Assembly (NCBI GenBank): GCA_016839515.1
Contig: JAEOUE010000030.1
Location: 1-48,806 of the forward strand
From: Candidatus Hodarchaeum mangrovi
GTDB lineage: Archaea > Asgardarchaeota > Heimdallarchaeia > Hodarchaeales > Hodarchaeaceae
Length of the DNA: 48,806 bases
Reading direction: 5' to 3'
This document shows positions 1 through 8,396 of this stretch, piece after piece. How positions within the stretch are numbered: position 1 is the first letter of the stretch; the number at the start of each line of letters is the position of its first letter. A model generated the notes under the pieces. The model saw only the letters and a program-made list of their open reading frames with translations, did no database searches and was not told the origin of the DNA. The translations under genes were made by a program, and so were the position numbers.

Positions 1-2
1 CA

Positions 3-866
3 ATTGCCAATCGAGCTATTAGTGGGCCAATTAATATCCATGGAGAAGAAACAGATCAAATGTTATTTCGAGATTCTGGATGGATCAGCCTCTTTGCTGA
101 AGATAATCAAGAAGCTCATGATCACACTATTTTGGCTTTCAAAATTGGAGAACATCCCGATGTACTATTACCTGTGGCTGTTGGTCTTGATGGTTTTATC
201 CTTTCACATGCAATCGAAGGAATTGAACCTGTATCTAGACAAGAAGCTCTAGATTTTCTTGGAGGAGAAAGAGTTGCCAATCTCAAACTTGATACTACCA
301 AACCACTTAGCATTGGACTTCTACATCTTCCGGATTATTATATGGAAGCACGAGCTCAAGTAAGAGATGCACAAGAACGTTCACGAAAAATAATTTTAGA
401 TACTTTTTCAGAGTGGGAAAAGCGTTTTGGGCGTAAGTATAGTCCAGTTGAATCATATATGATGGAAGATGCAGAGTATGCTTTTCTAACAATGGGATCA
501 TCAGCTGGAAATGCTAGAACAGCTATTGATGAATTGAGAGCAAAGGGGGAAAAAATAGGGCTAATTAAAATCCGAGTTTATCGACCATTCTTTGGAGATC
601 ATGTAGTAAATCTCTGTAAGAATCTTAAAGGACTAATAACAATTGAACGCGCACATTCTTTCGGTGGACCTGGTGGGATATTGAGCCAAGACATCAAATC
701 AGCCTTATATGGAACGGGAGTGAATCCACTTTTAGCGGAATATACGATTGGTCTCGGAGGACGTGACACTTTAATCAAAGATTATCATGGAATGTACGAT
801 AGAGCTAAAGAAGCTTTTAATATAGGCAAAAATCTCCCAATTTTTTGGTGGGGATTAAGAGAATAA
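3..866 (+). CDS. porA: Pyruvate/2-oxoacid:ferredoxin oxidoreductase alpha subunit (5'-truncated by window edge)
   Basis: The frame is open from position 3 (IANRAISGPINIHGEETDQM..., the PorA NRAlsxPinI motif). It also has DGFILSH, KIRVYRPF and GLGGRD, and lies directly upstream of the beta subunit. Confidence 0.9.
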   Translation: MANRAISGPINIHGEETDQMLFRDSGWISLFAEDNQEAHDHTILAFKIGEHPDVLLPVAVGLDGFILSHAIEGIEPVSRQEALDFLGGERVANLKLDTTKPLSIGLLHLPDYYMEARAQVRDAQERSRKIILDTFSEWEKRFGRKYSPVESYMMEDAEYAFLTMGSSAGNARTAIDELRAKGEKIGLIKIRVYRPFFGDHVVNLCKNLKGLITIERAHSFGGPGGILSQDIKSALYGTGVNPLLAEYTIGLGGRDTLIKDYHGMYDRAKEAFNIGKNLPIFWWGLRE

Positions 867-878
867 GGAGGAGATAAG

Positions 879-1841
879 ATGACGATAGAATTACCAAAAT
901 ACAAATTAAAAGATCTTATAGACAAACCTACATATTTTTCAGGTGGCCATAGATTATGTGCTGGTTGTGCAGCTGGATCAATGGCACGCCAAGTAACGAT
1001 GGCTTTCAATAAACCTACGATGATTGTGAATGCAACTGGATGCTTAGAAGTCGCCAGCACTATTTATCCTTTCTCTGCTTGGGAAGTTCCTTGGATTCAT
1101 GTAGCATTTGAAAACGCTTCTGCCGTAGCTAGTGGTATTGAAGCTGCAATAAAGGCAATGACTAAAAAAGGAACTTACAAAGAAGGAGAAACAGATATTA
1201 TTGTTTTTGGAGGAGATGGGGGTACTTATGATATAGGAATTCAATCCCTTTCAGGTGCTTTAGAAAGAGGTCATGATCTTCTCTATATCTTATACGATAA
1301 TGGCGCATACATGAATACTGGAATTCAACGATCTGGTGGCACACCTTTTGGTGCATCAACAACAACGTCTCCAGCTGGAGCTGTTATTCCAGGAAAACAT
1401 CAGTTTCGGAAACCAATTACTGATATCATCTCAGCTCATCGTATACCATTTGTAGCTACAGCATCACCAGCTTATCCAGAGGATCTTGTAGCAAAAGTAA
1501 GAACAGGGTTAGATGTTAAAGGACCCGCTTTTTTACATATTGAAGCATCATGTAATCGTGGGCAACGATTTGATCCTTCAAAGTCCATTGAATATGTTCG
1601 TCTAGCAACTGAAACTTGTATTCATCCATTATATACTGTTATCAATGGAAAATATCAATTAAGCCGACCAAGCCAACGTATTGCTGATGATCCTTCAAAA
1701 AAACTGCCCGTAGAAGAATATTTAAAGCTAGAAGGGCGTTGGAGACATTTTTTTAAACCAACAAAGCGCACTGATTTAATTGAAATATTCCAAAAAGACA
1801 TCGATGAAAGATGGGATGAACTTGTAAAAAAAGCTAGATGA
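879..1841 (+). CDS. porB: Pyruvate/2-oxoacid:ferredoxin oxidoreductase beta subunit (TPP-binding)
   Basis: GHRLCAGC, NATGCLEV and the TPP motif GGDGGTYDIG...YDNGAYMNTGIQRS; strong SD (AGGAGG) just upstream. Confidence 0.93.
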   Translation: MTIELPKYKLKDLIDKPTYFSGGHRLCAGCAAGSMARQVTMAFNKPTMIVNATGCLEVASTIYPFSAWEVPWIHVAFENASAVASGIEAAIKAMTKKGTYKEGETDIIVFGGDGGTYDIGIQSLSGALERGHDLLYILYDNGAYMNTGIQRSGGTPFGASTTTSPAGAVIPGKHQFRKPITDIISAHRIPFVATASPAYPEDLVAKVRTGLDVKGPAFLHIEASCNRGQRFDPSKSIEYVRLATETCIHPLYTVINGKYQLSRPSQRIADDPSKKLPVEEYLKLEGRWRHFFKPTKRTDLIEIFQKDIDERWDELVKKAR

Positions 1842-1863
1842 GTGTAAAACTTTTGACCATCAC

Positions 1864-1895
1864 TATTTTTTTCCTTTTTTCATACTAATTTTTTC
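1864..1895 (+). terminator. Oligo-T tract, putative archaeal intrinsic terminator of the por operon
   Basis: Successive T-runs (tattttttttcctttttt...aatttttt) begin ~25 nt after the porB stop. Confidence 0.4.
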
Positions 1896-2009
1896 TACAG
1901 TCTAAAAACTATTCTTGAGTTAAATTTATATATTATTTCCCTCCGTTTAAAGCTAATCAAAATTAAAAAAAAACTGTAACAAAGAATATTTTTCAGTGGA
2001 GATAATTAA

Positions 2010-2180
2010 TTGGATGTTGAAGGTATAAAAATAATAGAAACAGAACACGGGATGAAAATAATACTTGAAGGAGATCTTTACAAGAAAATAGCCCAAGAAT
2101 GGGAAAAAGGAAACATTAAACCTTTTTATTCTTACTTAAAACAATTTATAAAAAATATTCAAGCGGATTATGCTACTTAA
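2010..2180 (+). CDS. Small hypothetical protein (56 aa), absent from the ORF track
   Basis: TTG start preceded by a GTGGAG SD; reads MDVEGIKIIETEHGMKIILEGDLYKKIAQEWEKGNIKPFYSYLKQFIKNIQADYAT*. Its stop overlaps the convergent gene's stop (TTAA). Confidence 0.55.
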   Translation: MDVEGIKIIETEHGMKIILEGDLYKKIAQEWEKGNIKPFYSYLKQFIKNIQADYAT

Positions 2181-2521
2181 ATAATCCAATTGTACGGAGA
2201 ATCACCATCAATAAGTTGTCCTGAAAATAATTGTAACAATTCAAATATCTCTCGAGAAGGAAAAAGTGCTTTTTGAGCATCACCAATAACATTTAATGTA
2301 CAGAAGATTGTATCGTCACTATTCCATTGAATTTTTAATTGGATATCGTTATTTTGATAAATAATATGGAATTTTGGTGTTTTAACGGAATATTGATACT
2401 TTATTCCTTTTTCACGTAAAATTACCTTCAAATCCTCCTTAAATTCTCCCCAAATCGATTTGTCAGAAAATTGTATCTTAAAATAATATGAATTATTTTT
2501 GTTATTCAATAATAATTTCAC
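2177..2521 (-). CDS. Hypothetical protein
   Basis: 114-codon ORF overlapping the stop of the upstream hydrolase gene; the true start is probably the TTG at ~2509. No recognised motif. Confidence 0.6.
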   Translation of the reverse strand: MKLLLNNKNNSYYFKIQFSDKSIWGEFKEDLKVILREKGIKYQYSVKTPKFHIIYQNNDIQLKIQWNSDDTIFCTLNVIGDAQKALFPSREIFELLQLFSGQLIDGDSPYNWII

Positions 2522-3860
2522 GACCCTTTCTTAAACAAAATCGTCTTATCTCACTCCCAACAAGGCTTGGGTTTTCTAAAATAATCATATGACCTCCCGA
2601 TAATACTTTATAGGAGAGCTTGGAAGTAGGAATAATATCAATCATCTTTGTTTTCATGTCAGAAGGAATTAATTGATCTTCATTTCCCCAAAGTAATAAA
2701 ATAGGTATTTTTATCAGTGACAGCTTCTTTGAATAATCAAATCTAGGTAAAAAGTCTCTAAAGATTTGGTTATAAACATCATTTCTCACCTGAAGAGCTT
2801 CTGAAATAAAAGTTTCTATCATTTCACTATCAGCTTCTGTTCCGAATAGGATTTTGGGAGCCAATCTTTTTATTTGACCTTTAAATGGACTCCACATTTG
2901 TGTGGGAGGGAGAGCCTTTACGCCTTTTCTAAAGTTATCAGGAGCACGATGTAACCCCGAAATGAGAATTACTTTGGTAATATTAGAATTTTGAATTTCC
3001 AAGAACTTCTCAAGTATTATAGCAGTAAATAAGGAGTGAGCAGCCAAGATTATTTCCTGTTTGTTCCCTAGGAATTCCAAAAAATCTTCTAAATCCTTTA
3101 TATAGTTTTTTAATTTAAATTCTTTATCTTGATCATACGAGGATTCATATCCTCTTTGACCCAAGATAACAACGTTTAAATCAGTCAAATGACGTATAAG
3201 AGAGAATAGATGATGAATTTTTCCTCCAATGGGTGATAAAATTATAAGTGTTTGATTAGAATTGTTATAATACTCAAAATAACGAACTTTTCGTGAATTG
3301 ATCTCAACCTCTTTAATTTCATATACTGGTTTGAGATCAAAAGAGGAAATTATTTTCTCACCAACTTTTCTAGAGGATTTTCCTAATGACATTAAATGTG
3401 TAGTTACGTCCTCAAAAAGTGATTGAATTTGATTTACTGGCTTTGCAAGTAATTTAGATATTATTTCGAAAACATAAATGTCAGGTTGAGCCACTTTGTT
3501 AGTTTCCAGTGATTTTATTTCTTCCTGAAATTCCAGTATCTTAATTTTTACTTCTTGTAGGTCATTCATCGAGAAAGAATAACGTGGTACCATTATATTA
3601 GGAGGATCCCCCATATATAGCTCTAAATAATGATTTTTCTTTAGTAGTGATCTATGAGATGAGATTTCTACCTTCTTTAAGTATTGAACTGGATAACTGA
3701 CTATAATTAAAGGAGAGCTATCTTTTTCTGATGTTTGAACAGCAAATTCAAGCCTTTTTTTATCATAATTCAAACGAAATATACCATGTCGTTCCTGTTT
3801 GATTCTAGAATCTCCTGAAATATATTTAGCAAACCATTCTCTACTAATTCTTCTAGGCAT
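2502..3860 (-). CDS. Alpha/beta-hydrolase fold protein with an N-terminal beta-rich (PH-like) extension
   Basis: The C-terminal ~270 aa has QRGY, a nucleophile region AAHSLF, LLLWGNEDQLIP (acid) and GGHMIILENP (His). The N-terminal ~120 aa has alternating beta strands ending in a helix. Confidence 0.8.
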   Translation of the reverse strand: MPRRISREWFAKYISGDSRIKQERHGIFRLNYDKKRLEFAVQTSEKDSSPLIIVSYPVQYLKKVEISSHRSLLKKNHYLELYMGDPPNIMVPRYSFSMNDLQEVKIKILEFQEEIKSLETNKVAQPDIYVFEIISKLLAKPVNQIQSLFEDVTTHLMSLGKSSRKVGEKIISSFDLKPVYEIKEVEINSRKVRYFEYYNNSNQTLIILSPIGGKIHHLFSLIRHLTDLNVVILGQRGYESSYDQDKEFKLKNYIKDLEDFLEFLGNKQEIILAAHSLFTAIILEKFLEIQNSNITKVILISGLHRAPDNFRKGVKALPPTQMWSPFKGQIKRLAPKILFGTEADSEMIETFISEALQVRNDVYNQIFRDFLPRFDYSKKLSLIKIPILLLWGNEDQLIPSDMKTKMIDIIPTSKLSYKVLSGGHMIILENPSLVGSEIRRFCLRKGREIIIE

Positions 3861-3881
3861 AACTAAATACCCACATTTGAA

Positions 3882-4223
3882 TTACAATAAAGGAATAATG
3901 CATAGAAATTCAAGATTTTCCGAACCTGTATTCTTATAACCATGTATCTCATGAGGAGGAACATAAAGGGCATCATTAGGTGATATCTCAAATTCTTGAC
4001 CTGAGTCATTATATACGAGTCCTATACCACTCAATATTAGAATCTCATGTTCTTCAGGGTGGCCATGAATGCCTATTTCCCCCCCAGGTTCAATAATAAA
4101 TTTTCTCATGGCAAAATGAGGCATTTGATCTTTTCTTCCCCAAATCCATTGTATGGTAGTTTTAGTGGATCCAAACATGGTGACAGGGTCTGCAATAACA
4201 TTTTTCACTTTTTTTAGCTCCAA
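3882..4223 (-). CDS. Cupin domain protein
   Basis: Cupin motifs PGGEIGIHGHPEEHEILILSG and YVPPHEIHGYKN; TTG start with GAGGTG SD. Confidence 0.9.
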   Translation of the reverse strand: MELKKVKNVIADPVTMFGSTKTTIQWIWGRKDQMPHFAMRKFIIEPGGEIGIHGHPEEHEILILSGIGLVYNDSGQEFEISPNDALYVPPHEIHGYKNTGSENLEFLCIIPLL

Positions 4224-4265
4224 TATAGCACCTCAAAAATAATTAACCTATTTATAAGATTCTAA

Positions 4266-4460
4266 TTATAATTCATTTCTTATTAATTTTGATGACTTTT
4301 CAAGCTTTTCCTTAACCGCTTTTGGTACCCCAGTCTTTTTTAACTCATCTTTTAAAGATTCTTTAGCAATATCTGCTGCAACCCCGCTCACTGCTCTTGT
4401 ACTTATATTTAAGGCTTCTTTAGCTCCTTTTTTAACAATTTTTTTTGTCATTTCTTTCAT
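4266..4460 (-). CDS. Small basic helical hypothetical protein
   Basis: 64 aa ORF with ATG start, co-oriented with the cupin gene; K/A/E-rich amphipathic composition. Confidence 0.55.
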   Translation of the reverse strand: MKEMTKKIVKKGAKEALNISTRAVSGVAADIAKESLKDELKKTGVPKAVKEKLEKSSKLIRNEL

Positions 4461-4663
4461 TTATAAATCAAATCCAAATATTAGATCACTTTATGATATA
4501 TTCATATTGAAATCCTATTAATTTAACTTATTTTACTCATCAAGATTAATTGGGGAAATATCACAAATTCCAATAAAAATGAAATAAAAAGTATCGGTTG
4601 TTCAAACTTTTTAGATTAAATAGCCTTTAAGGATTTTTCTATTTTTTAATAGGAAACACTTTT

Positions 4664-6517
4664 TTAACTACTTAGTTCTTTAGAATACTTAGTTTTAAAA
4701 AATAAATAGATATTCTCAGCTAATTTTTGGTTTATTCCCTCTACTTGGCTTAATTCTTCAATTGTGGAATTTTTAATATTCTCTAAAGATTGAAAGTACT
4801 GAAGTAAAGCATTTCGCTTTTTAGGACCAATTCCAGGAATAGAATCTAATTCAGATTTTGGTTGAGATAATCGTCGTTTTATATGGTAATCTACAGCAAA
4901 TCGATGAGCTTCGTCACGACATTGCTTTAAAAGTTTTAAACCTGTATTTTCAGCTGATATTTCCAGTGGTTTTTTACGGTACGGCAAAAAAATTTGTTCT
5001 TCCCTCTTTGCTAATCCTATCAAAGGAATTTCCTTACTTAATTGTTTTAAAACTCGTGAAGCTGTATTTACCTGCGGTTTTCCTCCATCGACTACAATTA
5101 AATCTGGATCTTTTTTCGCGAATTTTAATCCTTTATGTTTTAACCTTCTTTCAAGAATATCTTTGATCATTGCCACATCATTTGGTTCTGAAGCAAGATT
5201 TTTAATTTTAAAACGACGATATTCACTTTTTACAGGAAGTCCACCTTCAAAAACAACCATTGATCCAACTGGAAAAGATCCTTGGAGATTGGATACATCA
5301 TAAGTTTCTATTCTTAATGGTTTTTTGTTTAATTGCAATAAATCCTGAATTTGCAATAAAGCATCTTCTAGAAGAGCATCTTTTTTGTGTTCTAATTGAA
5401 TATTTTCAGAAATATCATTAATAATTTGAAAAATATAAGGTTTAATAAGATCTCTATCCTTTAAATCTAAATCAAGTTTCAAATGAACACTAGTTCCTTG
5501 CCTTTTAGATAGCCAAATCTCCAAAATATCTTGATCTTCCTGAAGATCTGTATCAATTTCAATTCTCTGAGGAATAAATTCAGTATTGATATAATAATTA
5601 TAGAGAAAAGATCTCAAAATCTCATTTTTCGCCAATACTTTAATTTTACCTAAATCTATGGATTCCACATTTATAATTTGATTATTTAATACCCAAATGA
5701 TTAAAATAGCATAAAAATTTTGATTTTCGATTAGGATGACATAATCCTTATCCCTAGGTTCAGGGATATTAGGGTAATGATCTAAAGTAGCTTCAATACG
5801 ATGAATTCTATCGCGTAACTTAGCTGCTTTTTCAAAATTTAACTCTTCAGCTAATTGAATCATTTCTTGATGAAGATTTATGATTAAATCCTCTTTTTTA
5901 CCTTTTAAGAACAATATTAATTGGTCAATGATCTTTTGATATTCCTCAAGGGAAATTTTATTTACACAAGGCGCTGTACAACGATTTATGGAATAATCTA
6001 AACAAAATCTCTTAGTTTTGAAACAATATGGTTTGTTTGCAATTGGAAAAATACTTCGTAGAGCTCTAACAGAATATCTCAACGCTTTTACATCTTTTTT
6101 CCTACTAAAATACCAATCATCTTGCTTGGTCACACTACGAACAATAAAAATTCGTGAAAACTTTTCTTCTTTATCTGGTTTGGTAATTTGGATCATAGGG
6201 TATTCTTTATCATCTTTCCAATCAAAATTAAAACGAGGATGATGAATTCGGATTAATTCCCTCTCTCGGAGAAACGCTTTTTCAATTGTTAAATGAATTT
6301 CATAATCTAATTTATCAATTTTATTAACAAGGCGATATGTTTTAGGATCAGGGATATCTTTTCGAAAATAAGAAGAAATACGCTTTTTAAGATTCGAAGC
6401 TGCTCCCACATAAATAATCTTCCCAGATATATCAAAATAAATATATACACCGGGTTGTGTGGGTAATTGGTTCAATAATATATCTGAGGCTGATGTTTTG
6501 AAGTTCATTTTTGTCAT
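4664..6517 (-). CDS. uvrC: Excinuclease ABC subunit C
   Basis: GIY-YIG (LPTQPGVY...IIYVG..NLKKRISSYF), Cys cluster C...CLDYSINRCTAPC, UVR domain (AEELNFEKAAKLRD), RNase H-like nuclease (RIETYDVSN, PDLIVVDGG, RDEAHRFA) and C-terminal (HhH)2. Start reassigned to ATG 6517 (or 6508) rather than the track's TTG at 6607. Confidence 0.95.
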   Translation of the reverse strand: MTKMNFKTSASDILLNQLPTQPGVYIYFDISGKIIYVGAASNLKKRISSYFRKDIPDPKTYRLVNKIDKLDYEIHLTIEKAFLRERELIRIHHPRFNFDWKDDKEYPMIQITKPDKEEKFSRIFIVRSVTKQDDWYFSRKKDVKALRYSVRALRSIFPIANKPYCFKTKRFCLDYSINRCTAPCVNKISLEEYQKIIDQLILFLKGKKEDLIINLHQEMIQLAEELNFEKAAKLRDRIHRIEATLDHYPNIPEPRDKDYVILIENQNFYAILIIWVLNNQIINVESIDLGKIKVLAKNEILRSFLYNYYINTEFIPQRIEIDTDLQEDQDILEIWLSKRQGTSVHLKLDLDLKDRDLIKPYIFQIINDISENIQLEHKKDALLEDALLQIQDLLQLNKKPLRIETYDVSNLQGSFPVGSMVVFEGGLPVKSEYRRFKIKNLASEPNDVAMIKDILERRLKHKGLKFAKKDPDLIVVDGGKPQVNTASRVLKQLSKEIPLIGLAKREEQIFLPYRKKPLEISAENTGLKLLKQCRDEAHRFAVDYHIKRRLSQPKSELDSIPGIGPKKRNALLQYFQSLENIKNSTIEELSQVEGINQKLAENIYLFFKTKYSKELSS

Positions 6518-6676
6518 GAATTCAACTCTGAACTCTTGGCAAATATTTTCCTGCAGTTTATTTAAAAGTGAAGTTTTATCAATAATTATTCCTAAAATTA
6601 TTAACAATAATTTTGTTGTTTAAATTATACATTGTTGACTATATAGGACTTAAGTATCTGCTGGAAGGTTTCAAGA

Positions 6677-7483
6677 ATGAACAATAATAAAAATTTCATA
6701 ATGTGTCCATCTATCGAGATTACAGGGAAAAAACAGACTTTGCAAACACACAAAGGGTATTTCGAGATAACTCAAAATAGAATTCAGTATAGATACGCTG
6801 ATACAAAAACAGACTTCCTAATATTACATCCAAAACAAGCATATGGTACAATAAATGATCTTCCACCTTATTTTACTACAAATACAATGAATATACATTA
6901 TTCAATTTGGAGAGATCTGTCAGAAATCTGTTTTTATGCGGACAATAAACCCTCAGAGGATTTATTTCTAGATTTTCTTTTTGGTTTAAAATTCCCTTTC
7001 TCGATGAAGAATTACGATTCATGGTTTTATAAGATGAGGAATTTGCCATCAAATATTTACGAGCAGCTCTATAACTCATCCGTTTCTCTTGAAGATAAAA
7101 TGACTACAACTATTGAAACATTTAATGAAAATGTTTATATCCCTTTCAAACAAAGAAGTATTTCTACATTAAGTAGTAGCTCAGAAGGAAAGGAATCAAA
7201 AAGCGTTAAGGCTTTGAATTTTGTTTCCAAAGATTTTCCACAGTTTTTAGGACTTCAAAACAATCTCATCACCATTTTAAGAGATCAAGCAAGACAAACA
7301 TCTGAACATCAGCAATTATCTTACAGTGTAATCAGTCCTATCTTAAGGAAAATGAGAATGCTAACGATTTTTAGAAAAAATCTTAAAATGAAGGTTCTGA
7401 AAAATCAATTATTGCTAGAAGTTGAACCTTTTCCAATTGATACCTCAGTAATATTAAGAAAAATTAATGAGGCGTTAAAATAG
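6677..7483 (+). CDS. Hypothetical protein
   Basis: 268 aa ATG ORF with a GAAGG purine tract upstream; no recognised motif. Confidence 0.7.
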   Translation: MNNNKNFIMCPSIEITGKKQTLQTHKGYFEITQNRIQYRYADTKTDFLILHPKQAYGTINDLPPYFTTNTMNIHYSIWRDLSEICFYADNKPSEDLFLDFLFGLKFPFSMKNYDSWFYKMRNLPSNIYEQLYNSSVSLEDKMTTTIETFNENVYIPFKQRSISTLSSSSEGKESKSVKALNFVSKDFPQFLGLQNNLITILRDQARQTSEHQQLSYSVISPILRKMRMLTIFRKNLKMKVLKNQLLLEVEPFPIDTSVILRKINEALK

Positions 7484-7511
7484 AAATTGTATTAAATTAA
7501 AACTTTATTTT

Positions 7512-8180
7512 TTACGTTTGGTATCGATAAACCTTTAGAATCTCAAATAGTTTGTCTAAATCAAGATAAGGGCTATATTTTGCTGAAAGATATGATATCC
7601 CGATTTTGGATCGAGGGAATGTTCTTTTAAACTCGTCCATTGTAAATGCAAAGTGGGAAAGAAAGTCAACTGCTTTTTCTTTGATATAGGGAGTTAATGT
7701 AAATTCGTTTTCAGAGAAATTATCTAATGTATCACACTTATTTACCACAAAATGGAAAATATATTTTTTATTCTGAGCAAATATATCAGCTTTCTTAGGA
7801 TTAAGATCTAGAGAGTCAAGAAAATAATTATATGAATCCTCCATAGCATTTTTTTGAACAACAATGCTCTGCTTTGGATCTAAAAGGAATAACATTCCAT
7901 CAGTGGTAAATTTTCTTAAGACTTCTCTCCACATTCGACGAAGTTTATAATCCCCTGGATTATCTATCGCAACAATTCTATATTTTCGATGTGCTTCAAT
8001 TGAATACCATGGATATAGCTCTGAACTCCGTAAACGAATTTTTTTCTCTTCAGCATTTATATTCAAAGTCTTTTGTGCTTGTAAAGTCTTAACCTTTGAC
8101 CCTTTTATTCTTTCAATTAGTGTCGTCTTTCCAACACCAGTATTTCCTAAAACAGTGACTCTGATATCTCTATCAAACAA
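7512..8180 (-). CDS. Ras-superfamily small GTPase (divergent)
   Basis: G1 GNTGVGKT, G2-like QKT, G3 DNPGD, G4 NKCD, G5 SAK; TTG start with GAGGT SD. Confidence 0.85.
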   Translation of the reverse strand: MFDRDIRVTVLGNTGVGKTTLIERIKGSKVKTLQAQKTLNINAEEKKIRLRSSELYPWYSIEAHRKYRIVAIDNPGDYKLRRMWREVLRKFTTDGMLFLLDPKQSIVVQKNAMEDSYNYFLDSLDLNPKKADIFAQNKKYIFHFVVNKCDTLDNFSENEFTLTPYIKEKAVDFLSHFAFTMDEFKRTFPRSKIGISYLSAKYSPYLDLDKLFEILKVYRYQT

Positions 8181-8396
8181 TAGTTTACCTCTTTAATTCA
8201 GTAAGGAAAAAGATTTTCCCCTCAAATACCTACTTCACAAAACTGGTTTATTTTTTCTCTTAAGTGTTTTCGTATTTAAAGTATGGAGAATTCAACATTC
8301 TTTAACTGATTACCCTAAAATAGATATTAAAATATATGCTTAAATACTGTCTATTCAATACAAATATCTTAATAGATTATTATTGAGGGCCTAATC

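Noticed and set aside
4-1244. Short alternative-frame and antisense ORFs over porA/porB (4-252, 122-313, 307-501, 785-1060, 1044-1244)
   Set aside because: They overlap well-supported genes and carry no motifs.
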